Assembly (NCBI GenBank): GCA_001771545.1
Contig: MEUC01000011.1
Location: 10,071 to 74,070 of the forward strand
Origin: a candidate division WOR-1 bacterium RIFOXYB2_FULL_42_35
Lineage (GTDB): Bacteria; Margulisbacteria; WOR-1; O2-12-FULL-45-9
Direction: 5' to 3'
Length of the DNA: 64,000 bases
Below are positions 1 to 9,368 of the stretch, piece by piece. The notes under the pieces are model-generated. The model was given only the letters and a program-made list of their open reading frames with translations. It did no database searches and was not told the origin of the DNA. How positions within the stretch are numbered: the first letter of the stretch is position 1; every line of letters begins with the position of its first letter. The position numbers and the translations under genes are program-made.

Positions 1-108
1 TTTAACCCATCAAGCAGGTTCTAACATCATCCAGCCAGCGGAGCTTTACTTTTTGATTGATTTCCATTCAAACAAGAGTATGATTAATTGTAAGAGGGAG
101 TGATATAA

Positions 109-309
109 ATGAAAAAACTTTTTGCGATCGCGTTGATTGTGATAGGCATTCTGAGCTTGGTATATGGCGGGTTTACTTTCACAACTCAAACCAATAAGGC
201 TACTCTGGGCCCAATCAATGTCTCAACAAATGAAAGGCATACGGTCTTCATCCCGATCGGGGTTGGGGTGGCAGTTTCAATAGCAGGCCTCGCGCTACTA
301 ATCTTTTAA
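109..309 (+). CDS. small two-TM membrane protein (DUF3185-like)
   Basis: 66-aa ORF, SD GAGGGAG upstream, two hydrophobic segments around a short beta-hairpin (LGPINVS). Confidence 0.7.
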   Translation: MKKLFAIALIVIGILSLVYGGFTFTTQTNKATLGPINVSTNERHTVFIPIGVGVAVSIAGLALLIF

Positions 310-454
310 CTTGAAGCTTGATTGATAGGATTAAGGATGAGAAAGTTGCGAAACTCGTCCAAAAAGGTGGGTCAAACTTTGCAAACAAACTATTGCGGGA
401 CAGTTTGGAAATGCTATGGATAAATGTAAAGATTTTTCAGATCGTTATAATGGA

Positions 455-868
455 TTAATAAAATTGCTTGGGAATAAAAAGCAATCTGCAGTCATTATCC
501 CCGCTCCCCAAGCCCTGATACTGATTGCCATTATTAAACTTAAAATCCAACCGGGCAGCTAGTCCATCGTGATCATCTCTCTGCCAAAAATGATACTTTG
601 CATGTAGATAGATATCATTTAATCCCGCTGGGGCGGATATTGTATAAGGGACTGCAACTGCTAAATCGAAGTGGGGCAAAATACCATGTCTAAAAACAAG
701 ACCAACTGCATTAGTTAAAACTGTATGCGTATTGGTAGTTCCCAACCCCGCGTCAATCTCTGATCTTTTGGGGGCGACAGTATAGACTGTATCCGTCACC
801 AAGGGAACAGCGGCAAAAACAGGTGCAAGTAAAAATAATAGAATAAAAAAAACCAGGAAAAGCTTCAT
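455..868 (-). pseudogene. truncated outer-membrane beta-barrel (MetA-pathway/transporter-like)
   Basis: Likely start MKLFLVFF at 868 overlaps the permease stop (ATGA); signal peptide, GLNDIYLHAKY and GLGSGDND motifs; ends after about 137 aa, short for a full barrel. Confidence 0.5.
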
Positions 869-2232
869 ACTTTTTGTTTTTTCAAAGAATAGCCAATTAA
901 CACTTCCCCAATAATTACGGTGACAATTGTTCCTACAATGATCGGTAAAGCGATCCACATAAAATCTTTTCCCGGCTGGAGGCATAAGATTATAATCGTC
1001 ACCAAGATTATGATTTCGGCTACTGCTGCCAGCAGAAAGGCAAACCAATCTGGACCTGGAACCTGGTAAGGCCGCTTAATATTTTTATCCCGCTTTCTTA
1101 AAGCGACATAAGCCGGAAAAAGGATTAAGTAAGAAAACAGTTCTATGACCAGGCAAAAAGCTGTGACATGCCAAAACATTTCCGCTGCATTATCTGCAAA
1201 AAACCAATAGACAACTATTATAATAGTAGAAATTATTCCCGATGCGACCGAGGCTCCGATTGGCGCATTATTTTTACTCATTAAACCAAATATTTTAGGC
1301 ATTTCGCCATTATTGGCTGCTTCTGCTATGGCCCGGTTTTGACCCAGAGTCCAGGCCACAATCCCCGTAAAAAGAGTGCTTAGTATCAGCATCCCAATAC
1401 TAATCGTCACTACCCTGCTCAACGCATGCGTATCAAAGGCAATTATAAACATTTGTATAATCCCGCTGGAAACATTGATTTCGTTCGCCGGAACAATCAC
1501 CCAAATTAAAAGTGTGGAAATAAGATATAAAGCCGCAATAGCAAAAGCAGATAGAATTATCGCTTTGGGGACATCCCTTTGGGGATTTTTCATCTCTCCT
1601 GCAGCGCTAGAAACCAGTTCGCAGCCCAGCAGGTTATAGATGATGATTGGGATAAAAATTACCGCGGCATTAAGGCTGGGCAAGATATTAACCAAATTAA
1701 TCTCATTGGCAATGTGACCATGTTTCAAGAAAAACATCGCGGCTGCCAAAATCATCCCGAGGGCAATTAAGACTTTAGAGATTGAACCAATATTGGTTAC
1801 CCATTTTGAAGATTCCAGTGAACAGATATTTACAGCGGTTGTTACCCAAATCATTACAATCCCGATTAAAACCTGATCCCAAAGCGTAAGCCCTGGAAAA
1901 AACATATGTCCCAAGATTTCCGCAAACGCAATATAGATTGCCGGAATCCAAATCGGCAAAGAGACCCAATAATACCAGATAGTACGCGCTGCCCACCTTT
2001 TCCCAAAGGCCCTCTTAACCCAAGCATATATCCCCCCCTGCTCAGGATAGGTGGAGCCTAATTCAGCTGAAATTAATCCGGAAGGCAAAAAATAACCGAC
2101 AATAAAGATTAACCACCAAGATATGGCCGAAGGGCCAATTGCAGCAGCAGTAGCAATTGCTTCTACGCCAAAAATGGCACAAAAGGCAAAAAGAAAAAGA
2201 TCCCAAAACCCTAAAACCTTTTTCCTTTCCAT
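865..2232 (-). CDS. APC-family amino acid/polyamine permease (AguD/GadC-like)
   Basis: 455 aa, about 12 TM segments, AELGSTYPEQGGIYAWVKRAFG and AGEMKNPQRDVPKAI motifs. Confidence 0.9.
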   Translation of the reverse strand: MERKKVLGFWDLFLFAFCAIFGVEAIATAAAIGPSAISWWLIFIVGYFLPSGLISAELGSTYPEQGGIYAWVKRAFGKRWAARTIWYYWVSLPIWIPAIYIAFAEILGHMFFPGLTLWDQVLIGIVMIWVTTAVNICSLESSKWVTNIGSISKVLIALGMILAAAMFFLKHGHIANEINLVNILPSLNAAVIFIPIIIYNLLGCELVSSAAGEMKNPQRDVPKAIILSAFAIAALYLISTLLIWVIVPANEINVSSGIIQMFIIAFDTHALSRVVTISIGMLILSTLFTGIVAWTLGQNRAIAEAANNGEMPKIFGLMSKNNAPIGASVASGIISTIIIVVYWFFADNAAEMFWHVTAFCLVIELFSYLILFPAYVALRKRDKNIKRPYQVPGPDWFAFLLAAVAEIIILVTIIILCLQPGKDFMWIALPIIVGTIVTVIIGEVLIGYSLKKQKV

Positions 2233-2306
2233 TGTTGGAATTATACCAAAAGCTATTAAAGACTTAAAGGATTAGAAACAAGGATTAGAAACAAGATCAA
2301 CTGGCT

Positions 2307-3083
2307 TTATTTATCGTTTTCCAAAAATTCCACTGCAAGCTTCGTAAATAGCGAGGGATTTTCTAAGTGGACATCGTGGGCAGCATTTTTTATTAGTTGA
2401 ATTCTACTGCCCGGGATCTGTTTTACCAGTATTCTGGCCTCATCCGGCAGGATAAGGATATCATCTTCTCCTTCGATTATTAAAGTCTTGGCTTTGATGC
2501 CAGATAAACGGCTGCGAGCATCAAATTTAGCCATTACAGCTACTTGAGCCTTAAAACCTTCAGGGGTCAAAGGATAAGGATACTTACTGGCATTCTTAAT
2601 AAAAGTTTTAACAAACGATCCGGAATCAAAAGTCTTAGGAGAAAATAGCCAGGAGCTCCAGGCTGTAATCCACTTTTCAATAGTTTCTTTCTCTTTGAGT
2701 TTTTTTGCAAACCCGAAAAAGAGGGCATTATTTCGGCTAGAGGAAACAGGAGCAGTTCCTTCCAAGATCAGTTTATTGACCCGTTTTGGATAATTGATAG
2801 CAATCTCCTGGGCAATATATCCTCCCATTGAGTGGCCAATTAGATGTGCCCGCTTAATCCCTAAATAGTCGAGCAACTTTACTGCCTCATCTGCCAAATG
2901 ACGGATAGTATGGGGCTTTTTAAAGTAACTGCTTCGGCCAGAACCTGGATTATCAAAAATAATAGTTTGAAACCGTTTAGAAAAAACTTTAACTACCCCA
3001 CCCCAGCTCGAATTATCCGCCCCTAACCCAGCAATTAACAGCAGCGGCTCGCCGCTGCCGTGAACCTCGTAGTAAAGCTGCAT
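2307..3083 (-). CDS. alpha/beta fold hydrolase
   Basis: GHSMGG nucleophile elbow, DNPGSGRS, C-terminal catalytic His (AAHDVH). Confidence 0.92.
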   Translation of the reverse strand: MQLYYEVHGSGEPLLLIAGLGADNSSWGGVVKVFSKRFQTIIFDNPGSGRSSYFKKPHTIRHLADEAVKLLDYLGIKRAHLIGHSMGGYIAQEIAINYPKRVNKLILEGTAPVSSSRNNALFFGFAKKLKEKETIEKWITAWSSWLFSPKTFDSGSFVKTFIKNASKYPYPLTPEGFKAQVAVMAKFDARSRLSGIKAKTLIIEGEDDILILPDEARILVKQIPGSRIQLIKNAAHDVHLENPSLFTKLAVEFLENDK

Positions 3084-3200
3084 ATCATCTCCCTATAAAC
3101 ATTTCTCGTGTTCGAATTATATCAGAATTTCCTGGACGCTTGAAGGATCCAACACAGGAACCCGCTTCACTTAATTCTTACTAAACTGTATACTTTTTAG

Positions 3201-4469
3201 ATGATGCCCACTAAAAACAAAGATCAATTTGACCTTGTCGTTATCGGCGGAGGACCAGCAGGAATGATGGCTGCAGGCAGGGCTGCGGAATGCGGAGCCA
3301 AAGTACTGCTAATTGAAAAAACTTATCGCCTGGGCAGTAAATTATTATTAACCGGCGGTGGAAAATGCAACATCACCAACAACGCTGAAATGCCGGAGAT
3401 GATTACTGCCTTTGGTAAAGATGGCAAATTTCTCTATCGAGCCTTAACTGTTTTCTCCAGAGACGATCTGATTGAATTTTTCACTTTACGTGGAGTGACA
3501 ATGCAGACTGAACCAGATGGCAGAGTTCTCCCCTTAAATAAAAAGGCCGAAGATGTGCTGGCAGTTTTGCGCACCTATCTGGAAGAACATAATGTCTCCA
3601 TCCTTCATAACACGACTGTTGCCACCATCCAATACGGTTCAAAAAACAAAACCGGCCTTAAAGGGATAACAACATCTGATGGCAAAATGATCAACACCAC
3701 CAAATTAATTATTGCGACTGGAGGAAAATCATATTCGGCTACCGGATCTACCGGTGATGGGTATGAAATGGCTAAACAATGTGGACATACTATTGAGAAG
3801 ATTAGCCCGGGACTTAGCGCCCTTGAATCTAATAGCTTCTTTATTAAAGAGCTCCAAGGCCTGACCCTTCAAGATATTGGCATTTCAGTGATTGTCGGCG
3901 ACAGTAAAAAGTCCACAGCAAAAGGGAACCTCTTGTTTACTCATTTTGGAGTGTCGGGGCCAATTGTTCTCAACCTGAGTGGCACAATTATTGACGCACT
4001 TGCCAACAAAAGCCAAGTTGAATTAGCATTAAACTTGCGCCCTGATTATAGTGACAAAGAGTTTGATAAGATATTGTCAAAAGATATTTGTTCGTTTGGA
4101 AATAGAACTGTCTCTCAATATTTCAAAAAAACTTTACCCCCTTCCCTTGCCTCTGTCATGGAAAAACTTTGTTCTGCAATTATCAATAAAAAATGCAGTG
4201 TGGTTAATCGCGAGGAACGCCAGAGAATTGCATCCTTATTGACTGATTTTAGAATTACCATATCCAGAGCCAGGCCCATCGAGGAAGCAACAATAACCAG
4301 AGGTGGTGTTTCGCTAAAAGAGCTTAATCCACAAACGATGGAGTCAAAGCTGGTCAAGGGACTCTATTTTTGCGGCGAGGTAATTAATCTGGCCGGGCTA
4401 ACAGGTGGCTATAATCTACAAGAAGCCTTCTCAACCGGATATCTGGCCGGTCAATCGGCGGCTAAGTAG
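3201..4469 (+). CDS. HI0933/BaiN-family NAD(P)/FAD-dependent oxidoreductase
   Basis: GGGPAG, GGGKCNITN, ATGGKSY..TGSTGDG, LFTHFGVSGP and TGGYNLQ motifs. Confidence 0.95.
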   Translation: MMPTKNKDQFDLVVIGGGPAGMMAAGRAAECGAKVLLIEKTYRLGSKLLLTGGGKCNITNNAEMPEMITAFGKDGKFLYRALTVFSRDDLIEFFTLRGVTMQTEPDGRVLPLNKKAEDVLAVLRTYLEEHNVSILHNTTVATIQYGSKNKTGLKGITTSDGKMINTTKLIIATGGKSYSATGSTGDGYEMAKQCGHTIEKISPGLSALESNSFFIKELQGLTLQDIGISVIVGDSKKSTAKGNLLFTHFGVSGPIVLNLSGTIIDALANKSQVELALNLRPDYSDKEFDKILSKDICSFGNRTVSQYFKKTLPPSLASVMEKLCSAIINKKCSVVNREERQRIASLLTDFRITISRARPIEEATITRGGVSLKELNPQTMESKLVKGLYFCGEVINLAGLTGGYNLQEAFSTGYLAGQSAAK

Positions 4470-4599
4470 AACAAATTTTTCTTTTGACCAGCGAAACAAG
4501 ACCTGCAGCGGTGGGGGGAAGACTCGGTTAAGACTGGCAAGTAACAGTAACAACTTGTCAAATAATCATTGTTATCTTTACAATTGAAGACAAAAAAAT

Positions 4600-4651
4600 G
4601 GGGGCCAACCCGTTCAAGCAGCCTTGTTTCCTTTGAACAGATTAGACCCCC
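4600..4651. terminator. possible terminator hairpin between convergent genes
   Basis: Imperfect stem GGGG..GTTCAA / TTGAAC..CCCC next to an A-run at about 4592-4598 (U-tract on the minus strand). Confidence 0.4.
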
Positions 4652-4688
4652 GTGCAAATACAAAACTATCGACCCATAATTTCAGATA

Positions 4689-5483
4689 CTAGAATGTGAT
4701 CCCGTATCCAATCTTGAGGTCAACACCTTTCAATGCCGCCTGGTCAGCAGAATATTTAAGAACTCCGTATCCCATCTCGAAATTAACTACTCCCATCTCA
4801 GGTACGTTGTAATTTGCGCCTACACAGCCTTCAAGACCCCACACGCCTGTTCTGGAATCATTAACTTTGACCGGTATAAGATATGCCCCACCCAAATACC
4901 AAGTAAGAGGCATGCCTAGCTCCGGAAGAAATGGACTGATGTAATAAACAGCTCCAAGCTTCGCGAAAATGGCTTGCATCTCGTCTCCACCGCTGGGATT
5001 TGTGCCTGTAATATAATTAGCTCCAACTCTCATCTTTAGGCCTTGAGCCGGCAGCCCTGACAGGTCATAATCAAAATTCCCGGAAAACCCAACCAACCCC
5101 GCATTAAATCCGCCATTGAAATACAAATCAACACCCCTACCTACCTCCTTGGTGTTTGGAACAGTAACAATCACCGGAGGGGGAGCGGGAATTCTTATAA
5201 CCACTGGAGGGGGAGCGGGCGTTCGTATAATCACTGGCGGTTTTGGAGTTTCCATCGTAGCTTTCAGCTTTTCCCAGCGAAGCAGAGTGGCGGCCTTTTC
5301 CTTGTGCAACAAAGCTACCCTGGCCGTATCTTTAGCCTGCTTGGCGGTTGCCAGCTTTGCATCAACAACATTAAGGTAATCCCTGACCGCAGTCATCTCT
5401 TCTGCCATGGTCCGGCCAAAAGACATACTGGCCAAACCAGTGGAAAGAGCGAAAACCATTAGATAAACAATAAATTTCTTCAT
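4689..5483 (-). CDS. secreted/outer-membrane protein: helical N-terminus, Pro-rich repeats, C-terminal beta-barrel
   Basis: Signal peptide, SD GGAGGTG, amphipathic strands ending in Phe (IGYGITF). Confidence 0.75.
   Translation of the reverse strand: MKKFIVYLMVFALSTGLASMSFGRTMAEEMTAVRDYLNVVDAKLATAKQAKDTARVALLHKEKAATLLRWEKLKATMETPKPPVIIRTPAPPPVVIRIPAPPPVIVTVPNTKEVGRGVDLYFNGGFNAGLVGFSGNFDYDLSGLPAQGLKMRVGANYITGTNPSGGDEMQAIFAKLGAVYYISPFLPELGMPLTWYLGGAYLIPVKVNDSRTGVWGLEGCVGANYNVPEMGVVNFEMGYGVLKYSADQAALKGVDLKIGYGITF
5168..5241. repeat. 30-bp tandem repeat (about 2.5 copies) encoding PPVIIRTPAP
   Basis: GGAGGGGGAGCGGG recurs at a 30-bp period. Confidence 0.8.
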
Positions 5484-5542
5484 TCTTTTTCACCTCCCTT
5501 CACAAAAAATACGCTGCCCAACAATAGCTACCAATAATTATT

Positions 5543-5935
5543 TCAGTGCTGTTGTTTCCAGTGCCCATACTTAATGATCCTCTCTTTTTTATAGACTACA
5601 CGATAATTCTTTGGCACTTTAAACAAATGACCGGGAACGTCATTATTGTGCACATATCCCCACGGACCATTGTACTGCCCCGCCCTATACCAGCGCTCAC
5701 CCCTGGGAGACCACCAGTAACCGTTATAAAAGAAAACATCAAAGTTATTACTGGGGACAAAATAGATGTTAGTCCCTGGCATCATAACCACTTCGGAAGG
5801 CGCTGAAACCATTATAGGTGGTGGGCCTAGATCAATAGCAACCTTAACCTTTGCTGGTGTCCTTCCCGAAAATCCTAGAACCGAGGACTCGAGTAATAAA
5901 ACCAATCCAAGTAATGCCCAAAAACTTTTTTTCAT
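5543..5935 (-). CDS. secreted aromatic-rich small protein (YXWGXW/BcpO-like)
   Basis: Signal peptide, FFYNGYWW..WYRA..YNGPW pattern. Confidence 0.7.
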   Translation of the reverse strand: MKKSFWALLGLVLLLESSVLGFSGRTPAKVKVAIDLGPPPIMVSAPSEVVMMPGTNIYFVPSNNFDVFFYNGYWWSPRGERWYRAGQYNGPWGYVHNNDVPGHLFKVPKNYRVVYKKERIIKYGHWKQQH

Positions 5936-5950
5936 ATTACTTATATTCCT

Positions 5951-6100
5951 TTACATTATTGGCTTGCCCTTAATGATCCGGACCAGGATCATCAGAATGG
6001 CAATGACCAGCAAAATGTTAATAAACCCACCAAGCGTGGTTGAAGTAACCATACCCAACAGCCAGAAGATCAACAAAACAACAATAAGGGTCTCAAGCAT
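5951..6100 (-). CDS. lmo0937-family (DUF5670) small membrane protein, copy 1
   Basis: MLETLIVVLLIFWLLGMVTSTTLGGFINILLVIA; ATG at 6100 with SD AGGAG. Confidence 0.85.
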   Translation of the reverse strand: MLETLIVVLLIFWLLGMVTSTTLGGFINILLVIAILMILVRIIKGKPIM

Positions 6101-6131
6101 GTTTATCTTTCTCCTTTCTATCATCATATCC

Positions 6132-6551
6132 TTAGAAAAAATATCCAACCTGGAACTGTAGCCTTCCGGAGTGAACTACATCAATGCCTACTTCCAAAAA
6201 CAATGGTGTTACATCAAGAAACCGTTCAAAAATAAGGGAAATATAAGGGCCAGCTGTTGAATTATTCCCCAGATATCCAACCAGTCCGCCACTTAAATAC
6301 ATAGGGAATCTGCTGCTAACACTACTAAGAAACCATTTTCCACCGATAAAGATAATCCCAGGCGTATTTGAAGTATTGGCTTCAAAACCATATCTTAGTG
6401 TCGCGCCGTTCGTCAGCCCGTTTTCCGCCATTATTCCCAGTGCCATCCCATCCCTGATTCCGCCGATAACTGCGGGTTTGTAAGCAAGACATTCCGATCC
6501 TAACAACAGAACCAAGAGAGCAACCGCGATAAATATATTCCTGCTCATCAT
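6132..6551 (-). CDS. small secreted beta-barrel-like hypothetical protein
   Basis: Signal peptide, SD GGAGGTG, C-terminal FQVGYFF. Confidence 0.75.
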   Translation of the reverse strand: MMSRNIFIAVALLVLLLGSECLAYKPAVIGGIRDGMALGIMAENGLTNGATLRYGFEANTSNTPGIIFIGGKWFLSSVSSRFPMYLSGGLVGYLGNNSTAGPYISLIFERFLDVTPLFLEVGIDVVHSGRLQFQVGYFF

Positions 6552-6571
6552 CTCACCTCCCTTATTCCCTT

Positions 6572-6690
6572 TTATGGCAACGTTACGGTAACGGAGTCTA
6601 ATGTCACGGCAGTCATTGATAATAACCTACCGTTCAGAGTTGCGCCGGTATTCAAAGCAATCAGCGTTTGACAGATAAAATTCCCATTCG
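6572..6690 (-). pseudogene. C-terminal remnant of a DUF3494 ice-binding-family protein
   Basis: GNFICQTLIALNTGATLNGRLLSMTAVTLDSVTVTLP* matches the typical DUF3494 C-terminus; upstream sequence is not homologous. Confidence 0.75.
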
Positions 6691-6922
6691 TTAAAGACAA
6701 TGTTTTCTGAATAATCATTACAAACAAAGTATGCGCAGTTATAAGAAAACACGCAGTAATATGCATAGACGAATAACTGTGATCTATATTACAACTCCGT
6801 TTGCCCCAAGTTTCGAAATTATCACATCAGCCAGCGCAACTTCATCAAGCGAACTGAGATCATACAAGCAAAGACCCCTAATAAAAATAAATATATCCAC
6901 TGCAAGGGAAAACTGGATATTT

Positions 6923-7072
6923 TTACAGGACCTTTCTGACCTTAATAATCCTAAACAAAACCATCACAATCGCAATGACCAACAAAACGTGAATCAGTCC
7001 GCCCATGGTGGTTGTTGTGACCATCCCCAGCAGCCATAAGATCAGCATGATTACGACAATAGTTTCTAGCAT
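6923..7072 (-). CDS. lmo0937-family small membrane protein, copy 2 (not in ORF track)
   Basis: Manual translation MLETIVVIMLILWLLGMVTTTTMGGLIHVLLVIAIVMVLFRIIKVRKVL*; SD AGGAGGTG. Confidence 0.9.
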   Translation of the reverse strand: MLETIVVIMLILWLLGMVTTTTMGGLIHVLLVIAIVMVLFRIIKVRKVL

Positions 7073-7101
7073 GTTGCACCTCCTTCAAACCAAATTTAAA
7101 C

Positions 7102-7647
7102 CTAAATCAGCCAAATCTTTGTCCCCAGGCTTATCGTCCCAGCCGCCTGGTTGATCGTAGTGCCAAGAAAGGAAAAGGATGCGGCCATATATGTGTATTT
7201 AAGTTCTAAATTGCCAAAAATTAAGTTGTCCAAACCAGCGTAAACCTGATAGCCTATACCATTGTTTTCACTAATGCTATTTCCACCTATCGACGAGGTC
7301 CATAAGGTGTAATTTATCCCGCCGCCAAGATATAGGCCACCAGCATTAGTCTGCAAGCTAACTTGCAGAGGAAACATGCTCAGATCAGTTTTTTGTCCCA
7401 AGCCATTGGTAAAACTTGCCAAGGTATTATATTGCCCCTCAAAACGCAAAGAAAGCTTTTTCTTTAACGGGACGCTTAGCACTATGCCGATTCCGTATAT
7501 GGGATCAATATTCTTGGTAGAACTGTAATTACCGACGCTGGTAACATAGCTGACTGTCTTTGCATCCAAGCTAAAAGCAAGACTAGCGGCAAAAGAGGCC
7601 TGTCCCAAAAAAACAAGTAATAAACAGGTGATCAATACATTTCTCAT
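7102..7647 (-). CDS. outer-membrane beta-barrel protein (OmpW/OmpA-TM-like)
   Basis: Signal peptide, LYLGGGINY and GIGYQVYAG strands. Confidence 0.75.
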   Translation of the reverse strand: MRNVLITCLLLVFLGQASFAASLAFSLDAKTVSYVTSVGNYSSTKNIDPIYGIGIVLSVPLKKKLSLRFEGQYNTLASFTNGLGQKTDLSMFPLQVSLQTNAGGLYLGGGINYTLWTSSIGGNSISENNGIGYQVYAGLDNLIFGNLELKYTYMAASFSFLGTTINQAAGTISLGTKIWLI

Positions 7648-7693
7648 TTATTTCTCCTTTAGCATCAAACTTTCTCTGATTTTAGCCGTACAC

Positions 7694-8023
7694 TCAAACC
7701 AAACTCCTTTCGGTCGTTCGCCAGTAAGTAATGATAACTGGAGAAAAGTTCCCACCCTCTCCCAGCGTCATAGCCTTAAACGAAACTAAAAAAAGCTCGT
7801 TAACTATCCCGGGGGGGGATCCAGCCGCGTTGCTATCAGGTGATTGATAGCCCAAACCTATCTGCGTGCTAACAGTATCAGTAAAATTCATTCTAACAGT
7901 GGGGGTTGTGCCAAAGAGCCCGACACCCCACTTACCACTCATTTGATCTATGTCCGCGGCAAAGGTCGAGGAAACCAAAACAATTGAGAAGACTACAATC
8001 CCTATAAATGCTTTTATTTTCAT
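7694..8023 (-). pseudogene. probably truncated outer-membrane beta-barrel
   Basis: SD AGGAGG, signal peptide, GKWGVG first strand; degenerates after about 90 aa. Confidence 0.45.
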
Positions 8024-8079
8024 TTCAATCCTCCTGACACAAAAAATATACTACTCCATATTAGCTACCAATAATTATT

Positions 8080-8193
8080 TCAGTGCTGCTTTTTCCACTG
8101 CCCGCACTTAATAGACTTCTCTTTCTTATAATGTTCACGATAATTACTTGGTATTTTAAACAAATGAGCTGGAACATGGCTTTGTTGTACCAC
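8080..8193 (-). pseudogene. 3' fragment paralogous to gene 5543-5935
   Basis: VVQQSHVPAHLFKIPSNYREHYKKEKSIKCGQWKKQH* aligns with YVHNNDVPGHLFKVPKNYRVVYKKERIIKYGHWKQQH*; flanking TAGCTACCAATAATTATTTCAGTGCTG also shared. Confidence 0.85.
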
Positions 8194-8213
8194 AATTACC
8201 GGTGCAAAATAAT

Positions 8214-8405
8214 TCAAAGCCCTCTCCTTTGTTCTACATTTCCATTCCTGATATCGTGCATATCTAACGAAGTAAGTTGCTTGTGGTTATTTCTTAAAGA
8301 GTATTCGTAACCGGACAATTGGCCAACCCAAAACGCAGGAGCATTATAGACAGCATAGATTTTCTTTTCCGAAGTTTTAGTTATTTCTCTTAGAAATTGC
8401 GTCAT
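8214..8405 (-). CDS. hypothetical protein or gene fragment
   Basis: 63 aa with strong SD AGGAGGTG; first gene downstream of a CRP-like box. Confidence 0.45.
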   Translation of the reverse strand: MTQFLREITKTSEKKIYAVYNAPAFWVGQLSGYEYSLRNNHKQLTSLDMHDIRNGNVEQRRGL

Positions 8406-8541
8406 ATTATTTCACCTCCTTTTTTTTATGATTCCGACTTGAACTTGCTTCATTGTTTTTATTGGCAAGCATTCAATGGTTTTAGGCATAAATTATGACT
8501 GATGGCAAAAAGTTGTACAGTAACACAAACTGCTGTTTAGG

Positions 8542-8557
8542 TGTAAGAGGGATAACA
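8542..8557. promoter_or_regulatory. CRP/FNR-like box
   Basis: TGTAA-GAGGGA-TAACA (TGT-N10-ACA); near-identical to 12979-12994. Confidence 0.65.
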
Positions 8558-8586
8558 AACCACTAAAGGGCTAAATATTGATAAAT

Positions 8587-9234
8587 CTAAAATAATTCGG
8601 ACTCTAATCTATTAATACTCTCAAAGAGCATTACTCGACCAACATATTTTACTAAGCCTTTTTCTTCTAATTTGCCCATTTCAATACTGGCTGTCTCTCT
8701 GGCCACACCCACTAGTGTAGCTATATCCTGTTGCGTAAAGCGGTGATTGACAACGACCCCTTTCCCCTTGTCTTCTCCAAAATGCTTGGCAATATACAAC
8801 AAGACTGAAATCACCCTGCGATATGCGTCACTGAAGACTAAATGTTCCATGCGGGTCAGTGTTTCAGCATAATCCTCTAACAATTCACTCATCAACTCAA
8901 AGATAATAGTAGGTTTATCTTTGATAAAATTTACCACTTTATCCTTGGGGGCACGACCCACTTGGACTTCAGTTAAGGCTTCGAAAAAGTAAACATTGGG
9001 CGTACCATTAATTGCCCAAACCATGGGAAAATAGGAGATGGGCTTGAGGATATGAAGCGTTAGTTCAAAACCTGCTTTAGAAATAGTGTACTGTCTAACA
9101 TACCCTTTGGTTAAGCAAAAAATACCTTGAGGATCATCATCTGCCCTAATAAGCATTTCCCCTTTTTTATAATCCCGCACAGTAAATTGCTCATAAAAGG
9201 TTTCAAAGTCTTTAAGTTTTAGTTTATTTATCAT
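8587..9234 (-). CDS. Crp/Fnr family transcriptional regulator, copy 1
   Basis: cNMP-binding-like domain plus HTH TQQDIATLVGVARETAS; likely start MINKL at 9234, just after a TATACT -10. Confidence 0.95.
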   Translation of the reverse strand: MINKLKLKDFETFYEQFTVRDYKKGEMLIRADDDPQGIFCLTKGYVRQYTISKAGFELTLHILKPISYFPMVWAINGTPNVYFFEALTEVQVGRAPKDKVVNFIKDKPTIIFELMSELLEDYAETLTRMEHLVFSDAYRRVISVLLYIAKHFGEDKGKGVVVNHRFTQQDIATLVGVARETASIEMGKLEEKGLVKYVGRVMLFESINRLESELF

Positions 9235-9290
9235 TATTTTAGTATAGGCTAAGGCATGAAAAGGGACAGTAATATGTATAGATAACAAAC

Positions 9291-9306
9291 CGTGAGCTGG
9301 CTAACA
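9291..9306. promoter_or_regulatory. CRP/FNR-like box upstream of crp copy 1
   Basis: CGTGA-GCTGGC-TAACA, about 45 bp upstream of the -10 TATACT (9241-9246, minus strand). Confidence 0.55.
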
Positions 9307-9368
9307 GAGTAAATATCGCCAAAAACTGGGCACTCAAGGTGCTCTCCAGTTAATTAACAGCTTAATTA

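Noticed and set aside
869-1048. N-terminal extension of the 455-1048 ORF
   Set aside because: Overlaps the permease in another frame; the signal peptide begins at the ATG at 868.
2268-2293. 13-bp direct repeat AGGATTAGAAACA x2 upstream of the permease promoter
   Set aside because: Only two adjacent copies and no cognate regulator nearby; most simply a local duplication.
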